From the NCBI GenBank assembly GCA_016748015.1, contig JAAOMT010000009.1:1923924-1987923 (forward strand): a stretch of 64,000 bases of DNA, written 5' to 3'. Source of the stretch: Geosiphon pyriformis uo1 (Eukaryota; Fungi; Glomeromycota). Both the position numbers and the translations under genes were made by a program. Shown in pieces: positions 25,916 to 38,669 of this stretch (the stretch's first letter is position 1; each line of letters opens with the position of its first letter). The notes beneath the pieces are model-generated. The model was not told the origin of the DNA and ran no database searches. It was given only the letters and a program-made list of their open reading frames with translations.

Positions 25916-28451
25916 ATGAATATAGTTGAAAGTTATACTTCTAGCGAAGAAGAGGGGTTTGATAAAGGCAGCTCTAAAAGATCTGCAAAAATTATTGCCA
26001 AACTTTCTGAAGATTCAAAACGGTTAAAAATTGATTTAGCACCAGACGTTAGCTTGGAGGTAAATCAATACAATCACATTTGAATATTTCTAAACCTTAT
26101 ATCGAAATATACTTTATAAAATATACTCTCCTTTTTCAAAATTAAAAATAGGATCCTAAACATTCGACAGGAATTTACATCGATCCCACCGATACCGAAA
26201 TCCAAGTAAATCTTCCTTATGATGACCTAATACGCCCAGTTGTCGGACCCAAAAACCCCTGGAATACTCGTGTATTAAATCAGAACGTCTTGACAGGCCA
26301 CGTCGAAGAACAGGCTTATTCTGAAGCAACTTTTCGATTACAACAGCGAACGTTCACCTCTTTTGGATATGCACGTGATCCATCGCTTATTCTTTCCGGT
26401 GAAGGTGGTTTAGCTGGAACGGGATTTGTGGGTGATGTAGAAAAAGCAATAGCTATGAATGGGGCAACCATATATGATCCGATGCCTAAAAGTACAGATT
26501 CTCCACTACGGAAACCGAAGGGAGATTCAGCTATTTTGGAGGGGGAGAATGCCTATCAAGGACCTTGGGCTGGTTATGAAGGCGAAAACATTGGAAATCC
26601 TGTTGGTCCTCCAGAGGTGAATAGAATAACGGCTTAAAATATTTTCTTTTCCTTCTTAATATTTTATTTATAACTAATTACTAATTGATCTTTGATGAAA
26701 AAAATTATTATTAGGGTTCCATCCCTATTAAGGCTGATGTTAGCAAAGATAACAAGAAGCAAATTGAAACTGGACAGGAAAAAACAATATTTCATGGTAT
26801 GAATACTTTAATAAAAAATTATGATAATTTTTAATACTAATATTTCAAACCGGTTAAAATGTTTTGATCCACATTTCAATCATAGGGAAATCGGAATACG
26901 ATTACCAAGGAAGAACATACATGCACGTCCCATTGGATTTGGATGTGAATTTATTAGCAGAACCAGGATTACAGGAATGCTACATACCCAAACGTTGTAT
27001 TCACACTTGGTCTGGTCATACAAAAGGTGTCTCTGCAGTACGATTTTTCCCAAATTCAGCCCATTTGTTATTGTCAGCCAGTATGGATTGCAAGGTCAAG
27101 GTATTAAGACAAATTTATTTGAGAAACACAATATATGAACTCAATCGATGTTTTCAATGTTTTTGATCCATTCTTTATAATGATTTTCATTCATTCAAAG
27201 CTCTGGGATTTTTATCATGAACGAGATTGTTTGCGAACATTTATTGGACATAATAAAGCTGTAAGAGATATTACCTTCAGCAATGACGGCAGGAGATTTT
27301 TGAGTGCGAGTTATGACAAATATATTAAGCTATGGGATACAGAAACAGGTTAGAATATTTTTGATAATTTGATTTTTGAGTTATAATAATCTTGGCTTCT
27401 TTTGATAAGTTCCCAATTATCATCAGGTAAATGCATCAAGGCTTTTACCACTGGGAAAATACCATATGTAGTTAAATTCAACCCCGATGAAGACAAGCAG
27501 CATATATTTTTAGCTGGGTGCTCAGATAAAAAAATTGTGCAGGTAAATTCTGGGTTTAATTCACTTATTTTTTTTTTCTAAAAAATTTTACTTATTAAAT
27601 TTTTCCCCACCAGTTTGACATTAATACTGGTGAAGTAACTCAGGAGTATGACCAGCATCTTGGAGCTGTCAATACCATCACGTTTGTAGATGAAAATCGG
27701 CGGTTTGTGACAACCTCTGATGACAAAACCCTTAGAGCATGGGAATTTGATATTCCTGTTGTAATCAAATATATTGCCGAGCCTCACATGCATAGTATGC
27801 CATCTGTGACCTTACACCCAAATAGTAAGTAATTCATTATTTCTTAATCCCATGTTTTTGGAAATTAACCCTGAATATGAATTTAGAAAAATGGCTAGCC
27901 TGTCAGTCAATGGACAACCAAATTGTAATTTATGGGGCTAAGGATCGATTCCGAATACATCGGAAGAAACGTTTTGTAGGGCATTTGGTAGCTGGATATG
28001 CCTGCCAAGTCAATTTCTCCCCCGATGGACGATTTATCATGTCTGGTGATTCGGAAGGGAATTTATGTTTTTGGGTGAGTAGATTGCAGCATTTTTATAT
28101 CACAAGATATCCATTACTGATTCGCTTTCCAATTGTCCCAAATGTTAGGATTGGAAGACGTGTAAAATGTTGAAGTAAGTTATGGAAAATGAAATTTATA
28201 GATATATATTTTTTTGATTTCCTTTGTCTCATATCAAAACATTTTGCCTCGCAGGAAATTACAAGCTCATACTGGTGTTGTAAATGGATGTGAATGGCAC
28301 CCTCATGAAACATCAAAGGTTGTTACATGTAGCTGGGATGGCTTGATCAAATTATGGGTATGGGGATTTATATTTCAAGTTTGTATCGTGCATTCTTAAC
28401 GATGAATCTTTTTAATATTTAAAATTTTTCTGCTATTATCTACAGGATTGA
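25916..28451 (+). CDS. CDC40: Pre-mRNA splicing factor Cdc40/Prp17 (WD40 repeat), multi-exon
   Basis: [104 protein letters not shown]. The terminal exon encodes only D plus stop (28446-28451). Confidence 0.96.
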
Positions 28452-29259
28452 GAAAAACTAGGAGAGTAAGTTTACCTTGAAATAAATATTCAATCATATT
28501 TTTTTGGGAAATTCTGTTCACGCTTAGTTAATGACAAGATTGTAATGAGCAAAAAGTTATTCTCACTAAATTCATTTGATTATCCAATTTTTGGAATTTA
28601 TTGGCAATTTGTCTTAACTAAAACTAATTTAAAATAACCCAAGAACTGGATCTATTTGAATTTATTTTACACAAAGATTTTTTCAGCTATAAGAAAATTA
28701 TTGTCCTAATTAAAGAGAATTTATATAAATAAAAAAGCCTTAAAAAAAATATAGAGCTGAAAATTTTCACTTAAAATTTCTCTCTAAGTGGATAGTGATA
28801 TTACTATGCTGTCAGACAGTCGTTTTATTGAACGCAGCAATAGTGTTATTGGGCCATGACTAAAAATAATAGATTTAGAGATGCTGATTCTTACATACTT
28901 TTAGATGAATGAATTTTCCAAAGATCAAAGATATCAAAATAAAGATCAACTAATAGTAAATTTGTGATTGGTGTGATACTCTTAATTGAAATTATACATA
29001 AAGTTGCTCGCAGAATACGAAAAAAAAATTGACGATATTCGAATATTTTCCCATGAAAGAATTATATGGGCCAGTTAAAATAACAAATATCATTTAATGT
29101 AATTTTTATTTTTCGCTATTATTTAAATTATTTAAGTTAAATTATTTTTATTTTTACCAGTTAATTATGAATGGATCAGTCAGTTAAGGAAAAGACTTAA
29201 AAATAAAATAAATGCTTTAAGACTTCACTAAATATGAATAAAAATAATTCTTCTTTTTA

Positions 29260-29640
29260 TTTTCAATTCCCAAGAAAAACGCTCTCGAATAGGGCAAAAG
29301 AATTTAATGGGTCAGGTTGAAAAGTATTGTTAGAAGATGCCCGGGTAAGTCCTTAAAAAGATATTCTGAGTTGCATGACTATCAATGGAGTTGGTGAACT
29401 CGGAAAAAAAATCTATTTAGATTAGCTTTTGGAGACAATATTGGATAAAAAGACGAAATTCTTTTTCCGCATTACTCGATTGGCCATCTCAGTCTCCTGA
29501 CTTAAACCCAATCGAGCATTCTATGGAATAAAGTAAATATGCGCATGCGAAGACTCCCTATTCCGCTTTCCAATAAAAGATGAACCTACAAATTTGTCTG
29601 AGAAATTGATTTTTTTGAAAAAGTTAATCGATTCGATGTA
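29260..29640 (+). mobile_element. Tc1/mariner transposase relic (internally deleted)
   Basis: LLDWPSQSPDLNPIEH at about 29472-29520 and LKKLIDSM at about 29615-29638. Confidence 0.75.
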
Positions 29641-29699
29641 TTGTTTTCCAATCGGTCACAATACACTGAACACGATAAAAATTTCAAGATTTTTATTCA

Positions 29700-30091
29700 A
29701 TGGCGTGTTATTCAGTTTTTTTTGTATACAGCTATGCCATAATTACATAATATGCATTCCTTATAGATGGAGTCACATAATTAAATTTTCTTCAGATCAT
29801 CAAACCCATAAACTTTATAAAGGGCTTCCCAATAATTCCACAATACAACTTCTAAGCACCTTTATAATTTCTTTATCCTCATAATGTTCTTTGGAGGGTA
29901 AGGTTGTGATAGATAGAATACATAGTTTCAGGTTCCCGAGCATCCGAGTATACTGAAAACTTGGGGGACAACAGCATTACTAATTTCTGGAATTGATTTT
30001 TATTTTATGTATCGTTAAAGAACTGTATTTCCTGTAGCCTTAGCCCGTATTACGGTAGTACCGTCTCTAGAAAATTTTGGGAAAGTTTCTG
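29700..30091 (-). pseudogene. M13 peptidase pseudogene fragments, inverted copy of the gene at 48018-51411
   Basis: Reverse complement reads REPET..TLPSKEHYEDKEIIKVLRSCIVELLG versus [41 protein letters not shown] in the intact gene. It also matches the TPPTVNAYY exon end, with splice-site flanks retained. Confidence 0.85.
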
Positions 30092-30129
30092 CTCCAAAGA
30101 ACACCCAATTATTAAAATTTATTTCAATC

Positions 30130-31235
30130 ACTTAAGGTTAAAACGCCAAGCATTTAGTTTATTTCAAATTTGATAATTGAAATTAAATTTCTTCCTGAAT
30201 TCAAATACTCTGCGGTCCGAATTTACAAACAATGTGATTATATTGTGAAGTTGCGCAATATCCAATAAAGTATTTTAAAAAGGGAATAATGAATGATATT
30301 ACATCTGCCTCTTTGATTCAAATTGCTGCATAGATGCTACAAATACAGAGAATCTTTGTGAAGTGTGCTAAGTTTTTACTTCAAAAAATAAGGTTTAAAA
30401 TTTGCAGGAGGAGAATGTTGCAGTTTTGTTTTCTTTTCTTTTCTTTTCTTGGCAAGATGATTAATATTTGGGTTATCTACAAGAAAGGATCTTAGTTTGG
30501 TGATTCCTTTGTAACGAAATAAAACTCCTTTTTTGGTTAAAAGGGTTTGAATAATGCTAAAATAGAATTCAATTATTGAGTAAAAATTTTTTTAACACAT
30601 TCTTTAAAATATTTCTTGCCTCAAAAAAGAATTATTGGAAAAAAGATTTCAAAATAATCTATTACTTATACAGAAATTAAATATTTTTCTCTTTAAATCA
30701 AAAATATTTTGAAAAACTTTATTTAAAAATGATAAAATAAAATGATTTACACTTTGATTTACACATTTTAATATATTTTAAGAGAAATAATTATATTTGA
30801 TATTTTTATTAAAAGTTTTTAAAAAATAATAAATATATTCTATTATTAGTTATTAAAAATTTCATTTTACAATTCGATTCATAGTAATAATAAAACCCCG
30901 AAATTGTGTAACTAGAAGTATGTCGATGAAGTTATTGAGTGGCGTAAAAATAATTAACGAATTATTAATCGACTTGGCTTCTCCTCAAAAGGAAAAAACT
31001 TAATTTCAATAACGGGTATGGATTTTTTTGTAAATTTTATATTCGAAGGATAAAAATTTCTTCTAACATCAATTCTATTGAACTTTTGTTTCTTTTTGTT
31101 GATATCGAACGCAATATGAGTACAACTTGGATGAACAATGAGGGAAAAAAAACTGTTATAAATAAGTGAAGCCCCAAGGACATACTCAGTGCCTCTCATA
31201 CCAAAAATTTGAGTATAAAGTTCCTAAAAAATCAC

Positions 31236-31269
<34 letters not shown>

Positions 31270-31860
31270 TATCATTATGAGTTTTAAAAAAAATATTGTT
31301 CTTGCCACATTATTAGTTGGGGTTTTTCTTGTTTCAGCATTTAAAGTTGAGGCTGCTCCACCACAAGTTGTTCCAAATCTAGCTGTGGTCTTTGGTGGGA
31401 AATTTTGGGTACGTATATATTTTGATTTTTTTTTAAAAGAAATAAAATATTTCATATCTGCTAAAAATATTGCTTATTTTTAACCACATCTAGTTTAACG
31501 CTGTAAAATATGAAACAATCTCCTTACCAACAGATTTCACCGATACTGGTGCACCTGATAGCACCTTTAACCGAATTTTTGTCATAAAAAAACAGCTTAG
31601 TTGTGATCCCGATCCCACTCATTTAAATGTAATCGATAGTGCCCCTGGTGAACGAGGTTTCAATGGTGGGAGATGGAAAGTTTACATAGTGGACTTTGGA
31701 ACATCTTGTGAATCTTTTACCTATGCTGTAGCAAATTATGCACGAAATGGAGTAGATTTTGAGTTCGCTGAGGATTTGTTGAATGCTATTGATAGTGGAT
31801 TTGCTAGTCTCGGTCAGCTTTTGAAGACATTTGAATGTCCAGTAAAAAGGCTCAATTAGA
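30130..31860 (+). repeat. Left arm of an old inverted segmental duplication
   Basis: Gene plus about 1.1 kb upstream align to the reverse complement of about 38670-40385 (e.g. aaggttaaaacgccaagcattt / aaggttaaaacgacgagcattt). Confidence 0.88.
31277..31859 (+). CDS. Small secreted protein, copy A (bacterial-like hypothetical family), 2 exons, intron 31409-31493
   Basis: Signal peptide MSFKKNIVLATLLVGVFLVSAFKVEA, then FW/FNAVKYETISLPTDFTDTGAPDSTFNRIF..VIDSAPGERGFNGGRWKV..FECPVKRLN*. Supported by a conserved paralog with the same intron. Confidence 0.9.
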
Positions 31861-32379
31861 TTGGAGTCTTCATTTAGGAAGTTAAAAATAGCTTTGTTTT
31901 TTTCCAATAAATAAAGACATAGTTTTAGTTTGTATAAGATCCCTAAAAATAAAACTTCAAAGTATTTGTATAACTTTAAAATTTTACTCACCTATCTATT
32001 TATGATTGAGTATATCACGCATATCTTATTGAGACCCTGAATCATGCATCTGATCCTGAGAAGGGCAGATTATCAAACGAACCCCTTTTTTGAATTTAGG
32101 TAACAAACAAAAATGGATGGAAGCTGAATTTTTTTAGAAAAATAAATTGGTACATATTCAATATGTCAGATTTTAATTAGATAAAAAATTCAACAGAAAA
32201 TGGATTATGAAACTATTCTCATATCCTATGCTGAAAAAATAAAAGATATTAATTAACTCGATTTTGACGTGTTTTTGTATTAGCTAAATTGCTAGTTAAA
32301 AGTTAAATGAATATATATATTTGGCTGTTTTAAAGTAACCGATCGTATTCTGCATAAAAGACTAAAACTCTATTGAGAA

Positions 32380-34180
32380 TCATGAAACTTGTCCAAAAGC
32401 TCTAGGTTTGAGAAATACTTTCAATTCTTTACACCTGTTAACAACAATAAACTCAGTATCTAAGATAGCATTTTCATCGGCCAACTTGATCTCAAACTTC
32501 CTGTTTAACAACAGGACAAATATTTTTATCTGAGTCATTGCCATGAGTCTACCAGGACACATGTGAAGTCCGCGACTGAACATGTAACTTTTCGTTCTAT
32601 CAAGTTTGAAGTGACCAGGCGCATCATCATCCTTTACTAACCAACGATCTGGGTCAAATTTTTCTGGGTTTGCGTAAACAGAACTATTATAACTAAGTCC
32701 TTGGATATTCAAAAAGAATACTTGTCCGGCGGGCCAGGTATATCCCCCAATCTCATCGGAATTAGTGGCTTGTTTAATATTGACTGGGGACACGGAACTC
32801 AATCGAGCCGTTTCCTGAATGATTGCTTCGAGGTAGATAAGTTTTTCAAGTTTTTCGTATGGAACTGGAGAATCTGGATCCATGCCGACCACGGCTTTGA
32901 TCTCGGCAAGGAGTTTTTCAAGGCATTTTGGATTTTTTGACAGGTAGTAAGTAACATAACAAATTGAATGGGCCGTCTATAATAAGTAAACCAAATTTTT
33001 TTGGAAATTTTGATTTTAATATAACAAATGGATGTGAGGTTGAAAGATTGGGAATAAAAAAATTTATTTTTTGATTATTACCGTATCTGATCCAGCCCCA
33101 AAAGCTTCTAACATAATCCCTTGTATTTCTCGATCAGTCAACAGTCTTGAGTCCTCACCATGAGAAATTTGATTTTCATCAAGTGTGGTATTTGTGGTAA
33201 TTAGAAGTCCAAGTAAATCTGCCCCAATTTCTTCATTTGACTTCATATTCGCGACTTGAACTCTCCTTTGGTTTATAAGTTTTAAAAGGAAGTTATCCAA
33301 ATACTGTTTATACGAAAGACTTTTTTTATTCTGCTGTATCATTCCTGGAACATAATGTCTAATCCAAGATGGTATTACAGTCATGAATCCAAGACTACCA
33401 CCTAGTTTATGAAAGTATGAAATTAACTCTTCAGATGTTTCGGCCTCTAATATCTGATCATGAGTTCGTATTTCATTAGGGAAAATTCGAGCATTATAGC
33501 CATCCAGCAGAGCCATCGAATGATTAGCTACTCGTTTAAGAGTGACTTCGGCCGTGAAACGAGCAAGCCATTCAATGAGATCGATTGGTTTTTCCTGATC
33601 TTTAATACATTTTAGCCAGTATTTTGATAATTTGACAAAAAGTTGTTGAGTTGTTCCATTTAGTTCTCTCAGGAATTGGGTTGACATTACCGATTGGACG
33701 AGGGCTTTACTGTTGAACCTCCAGTGTGCGACATTTCGATTGAGTCTTATGCCATTTGTATGGAAACCCAGTTCATTAGCGCCATCTGAAAAGGAACCCT
33801 GTTCATGATCAAAAAATTTTATTTAGTTTTAAAAAGCTTTATAAAGAAAAAAAGATTTTTTTCAACGAAAACCTAACACTTGCCTTTTGAAAAAAATTAG
33901 TTTTAACAGATGGCTTAAGAATTTTTTGAATACTATCTTCACGAGCGACCCAAATAATTCGTTCAGATCCAACATAAACTTCAAATATATCGCCGTGTTC
34001 TGCTTCTAATCTTTGTCCAAGTTTCGCCAAATCCTTCATTAAGTGGAGGTTACCAATAAGAGGTAAAGGAAGTGGTCCAGGAAGTGGATTTTTACGAGTG
34101 AAATAACGAAAATAGTAAATTCCCACATATGAGCATATTAAAATTACAATTAATGAAAATAAATCAAAGCTTGATGGCAT
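32380..34180 (-). CDS. Cytochrome P450 (3 exons)
   Basis: TM anchor plus KNPLPGPLPLPLIGNL, MLEAFGAGSDT/TAHS, ETAR, FDPDRW, heme motif FSRGLHMCPG. Confidence 0.93.
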
Positions 34181-37100
34181 TTTTGAACAGTTTAAATTTT
34201 TTTGAAAATTTCTCCTTTCGCTTTCAGAAATCGCGAAAGCACAAGACTAATTTATGCATGTATCGCAAATTAGAAGTTACACCTAGCTCGCGTGACGCGA
34301 CTTTTGAAGTTCATATTTGAATTATTAGCTCATGTTGTTTGTCCAACATGGTTAATAATGAAATACATCAAAGTTGTGATACCGCCCTTACAGATATTGG
34401 ATCTTTGAATTTCGGAATGATCATTGATTTTAAGTTAAGATGAAAGACTTGATAAAAACCTAAACTTTTTAAGCTTTAAATTTTAATTTATCTTAAAAGC
34501 TCAGTGATATATTAAAAAAAGAGGAGGAACTAAGAGAAAACCAAAGTTTCAGTATTAAATGCATGGTCGTTAAAGTTCCTTTTTATAGTTTAGGTCTAAG
34601 GGATAGTGGTTCATGAAAGAAGATTAAGGTTAAAAAGTAAAGAAGAACGGAAGGAAGGAAGGAAGAGGAAATCATAAGGAAATGTCTTTAAAGTTCGAGC
34701 TTTAATTTGTTCAAAGTTTTCTTTGATATTCGACACGTGAGAAAATTTAAAAGTTTTGCTGAAATTTTTTTTGGTTTTCGATCTTTAATATTGTTACCCG
34801 GAAAAGAGGATAAAAATAAACCTAATTGTCCAAGTTCTGACACCCAGAAATGGTAATGGGGGAAATTTTGAGCCTCTTTTTGATAAAATTGATGTTATTG
34901 GTTCATGAATTTAAGTTATACTTTAGTCGGTGAATCTCGGCTTGAGATTGTGTACAACTGCTTTACATTTATTCAAGTAGATCAAGCATTTTGTAGAACT
35001 TTAAGATTGAACTACATGTATTTTGTAGAGCTTTAAGGTTGAACTACATGTATTATGCTTCGAAATAAAACTCTCAGAATACGATAATAAAGTATTGCCA
35101 CAATTTTAGTTCCTTTTGCTGACAAACGCGTGAACTTTGTAAACACTATGAGATCAATATTGCTATTTTTTAATTATGAAGGTTCTAACCAGAGTGTTTT
35201 TAAGATTATATCTAAAAAAAAGTTGTTAAGATTCATTGTCATTAAAAAATCAATAGATATTGGCAAAAAATAACGTCAACTTGAAAACCTAAATCTACTA
35301 TCTTACAAAAATTTTCATAAACTAACCAGAACTTCGTCTCATATATTATAAAATAACTATTATTCCGATCTGGGAACCGACAAATGTGACAATATTTGTG
35401 AATTAAACTCTAGATTTTCAAACCTTGGATAGATTTATGTTTCTCTTGCCCCATAATTTTATTTCCTGGAACATGGATAGAATGAAAAAAAATTCAGTTT
35501 GGCATACATATCATTAAAAATAAACTGCTAATTATTATTGATCTTGTTTTACTAAATATTTTGAAAATTTGCCATATTTTTTTATGTATACTTAATATTC
35601 CAAAGCCAACCTAAAAATATGGCTTCGATATTTATGACGTTGATGGTTTAGAATGAATTTAATTTCAAAAAATTTAATTTTTCTATTCTTTTTTTTATGT
35701 GATAAAATTCAGTTTCAAAGATACTTGTTCAACATGCAAAACAAGAAATTCTTGAATTATTTTTAATTTTTTTTTTTGCATTTCTAATATTCCAATTGTA
35801 ATTTATTGTTAAACCACTTTTTATATTCTATTAATACTTTTTATGATCTTTTAGATTTATTTCAAAGTTTAAAATTAAAATAATCAACTGAAATATCATT
35901 GATTAATATTAATTGTTTAGATTACAATGTACAAAGAATTATCATAAGTTATCAAGCAATCAAAAAAAAACTTTAATTTTAATAAATGAAAAGAAATTTA
36001 CAGCAATAAATTATTTTCTTTTAATATGCTAATATTTTTGGTTTTTCTTGTGTTTTTGCATATATTATAAATTAATTTTTTAAAATTTCGAAATAAATAT
36101 TGTTTTTAATATAGCTATAACTTTATTGATTTAAGTGGTTTAAGTTACATAAATTAAATATATGATTGTAAATACTATATATATTTTTTTAAATTGAATG
36201 ATGAAATAATATATTTTTAACTTAGAATCAACAATTTCAATAAATATTTTACCAATTACAAAATTATAGAATGATATAATTAGTTTTTTTTTAATGAAAC
36301 TTTGTGTTTTAAAACACAAACAGAAAAATTATTCTATTGTTGGGTTTTTTACAAATTTTTTTTTAAAAAAACTTGTTAAAGTTATGAAAAAAATTAACTT
36401 ATTATATGATAAGACTTGAGACTAATTTTTTTTAAATATTTCTTATTTTTAATTATTATTCTAAATGTATTATCATGTAGTTGATGATATTAGTGATTTG
36501 CATTGTATAATGTGATTTAAAATAAAATATAAAACAAATAATACAAATAAAAACAAACTGATCATTTTTTTTGGCCAGAGTATTTGTATTTGTCAATAAA
36601 AAAAAATTATAAAAAAATTTATTTAGTTAATTAATTACTAGACAATTGATTTAATAATTAATTAATGCATTTTTTGAAAGATATATACTTTTTTTTTATA
36701 CGAAATTCATGTAAATTCTATTTTATGAAAACAATTTTTTTTTAGGAATTTGTTATAACTTTCATTATTTAATTATGTAAAGTATTCAAAAATTGTATTT
36801 TTAAAATTTTAATTTTAATTTTTTTCATTTGTTTTTAAATTTTTTGTCAATTTGTTTTAATTTTCATATTTTAAATTATTCTTTCTTAACTTATAAAAAT
36901 TTTTAAAATTATTTGGGAAATTTTTTTATTTCAAAAAAATTTCTAAAATTTGTATTTTCCATTTTTTATTTTCTTTAAATTTTAAAAATTAATTTAAAAA
37001 AACATTTTTTTTAGAGCTTTAAAAAGTTTATCATCCAATTTTTATTAAAGTAGTTTTTTCTTATCAATGTAATGTCTAATCAAGATTTGAGATTAATAAT

Positions 37101-37529
37101 TCCCTAGTGATATGTTTATTCCTCACATGAATTTTTGGGTTGTGATCCTTTTTAACTACCTTTCCAAGCCTTAAATTGATTCTAGAATTTTAAGGAATTT
37201 CGGATTAAGAAAAGAAATTTATAGGTGAAATCCTAAATTAATTTTTGTTTACGTAATTTTCATAAAAACTTGTTATTCAAGTAGAAAAGTATTTTTAATA
37301 ATAATATGAAATTCATAGCACGATTTTCTAATAGGCATGCAATTGGATATTGATTACAATCAAAAAATTAAGGTCATAAAAACGTAATCTACGATTTGCG
37401 TCATTTAGATAAATGATCTTGATCTTTTCTGTCAAGTAAATAATAAATGCTGATTTAGGTTTTCAAATATCACAAAAATTATTATCTCCCAGAAAATCTC
37501 GTGAAACTCCCGCCGCCTCTAATTTAAAA

Positions 37530-38347
37530 ATGGAATTCTCAAAATCAACAAGCTCTAAAACAACAGACCAAGCTAGAAGAGAATATTTCTTGTCAAGAGC
37601 TACCCTTCAAGCAACATCATCGTATGAAAAAGAAAAACAAACAAACAGTAAGAGAGCTAAAGAACTGGTGGAATCCACATATAATGCTGCCTCTTTTGGA
37701 GTTGCTGTTGCTCGTGCTGTTAGATCGTTTAAAAGATCAAATAACGATGAAAAAGAAATTGAAATGCTAGAAGTAAGCAGAAAAGATAAAAAAAGTGAAT
37801 TTCGACTAGGGGCTCCCACTCCTGGAGAAATGTCAAGTTCAAAGTGGAAACCTTTGAACTCAAAGAGAATTAAGATTGGGAAGCCGGAAATTTCACAAGA
37901 TGAACTAGGTAACAAAAATTTTGATAAAAAATTGAAATTTCTTGACTTAAAAATGTAAGTCTTTACGATACGATTTCGATGGGGTATATTGCATGTAAAT
38001 TCTTTGAAATTATAACTGCTAATTCGAAGTTTATTGATTTTATATTGGAAAAGAAACCCAGCGCCGAATTGGAAATTGTATCATGTTTTAGAATGGGTGA
38101 AAGCTATTCGAAGCGTTGAGAATTTCGAGTCAAAAGTTACTAATGATGGAGAATGTGGATGGGATGGTAAGAGTTTATTAACAAAAATTATTAAATTTTA
38201 TTATCTAATCAAACAACTTTTAATTTTATCGCAGAGTTGGATGACTCAGAAGATGAAACGAATGAGCTTTATATTCTAGATGAAAAACAAGCTGCGGAAA
38301 AATGGCACGCAATTGGAGATAAGATTAAATATAATGAGGAGTGGTAA
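37530..38347 (+). CDS. Hypothetical protein (about 220 aa, 3 exons), no recognised domain
   Basis: aaaaATG start. Exons join in frame through GT-AG introns (about 37955-38053 and 38167-38234) to ..NPAPNWKLYHVLEWVKAI..ELDDSEDE..KYNEEW*. Confidence 0.65.
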
Positions 38348-38669
38348 CATAATATAGAGGAGTGTTTGTTTAAAATAGATTTGAAGTTCGTCTCAATGTT
38401 TTTATATGAACTTGGCGTTTAATACCAGCCATAAATAACCATTTTGAATTTTATCCGATGATAGGTACAACAAGATCAGTGCTAGATTCTAAAATTTAAA
38501 GTTAAGCATGTGCATGTATAACCAATTGGATCGCTATGTAAAGCTTTATTTTTAGATAATTTATACAACCTAAAACTATGTCCATTAAAAACCTGATCCA
38601 AGATTTTCCTAAAACTAGATCTATTATAATCAATATCCTTTATATTACAACAAAAATTAAAAGATTGCA

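Noticed and set aside
31623-31991. 122-aa minus-strand ORF
   Set aside because: Antisense shadow of the secreted protein's exon 2, whose frame is supported by the paralog.
34590-34660. tRNA A-box-like ggtctaagggatagtggtt
   Set aside because: No T-loop GTTC arm or cloverleaf pairing follows.
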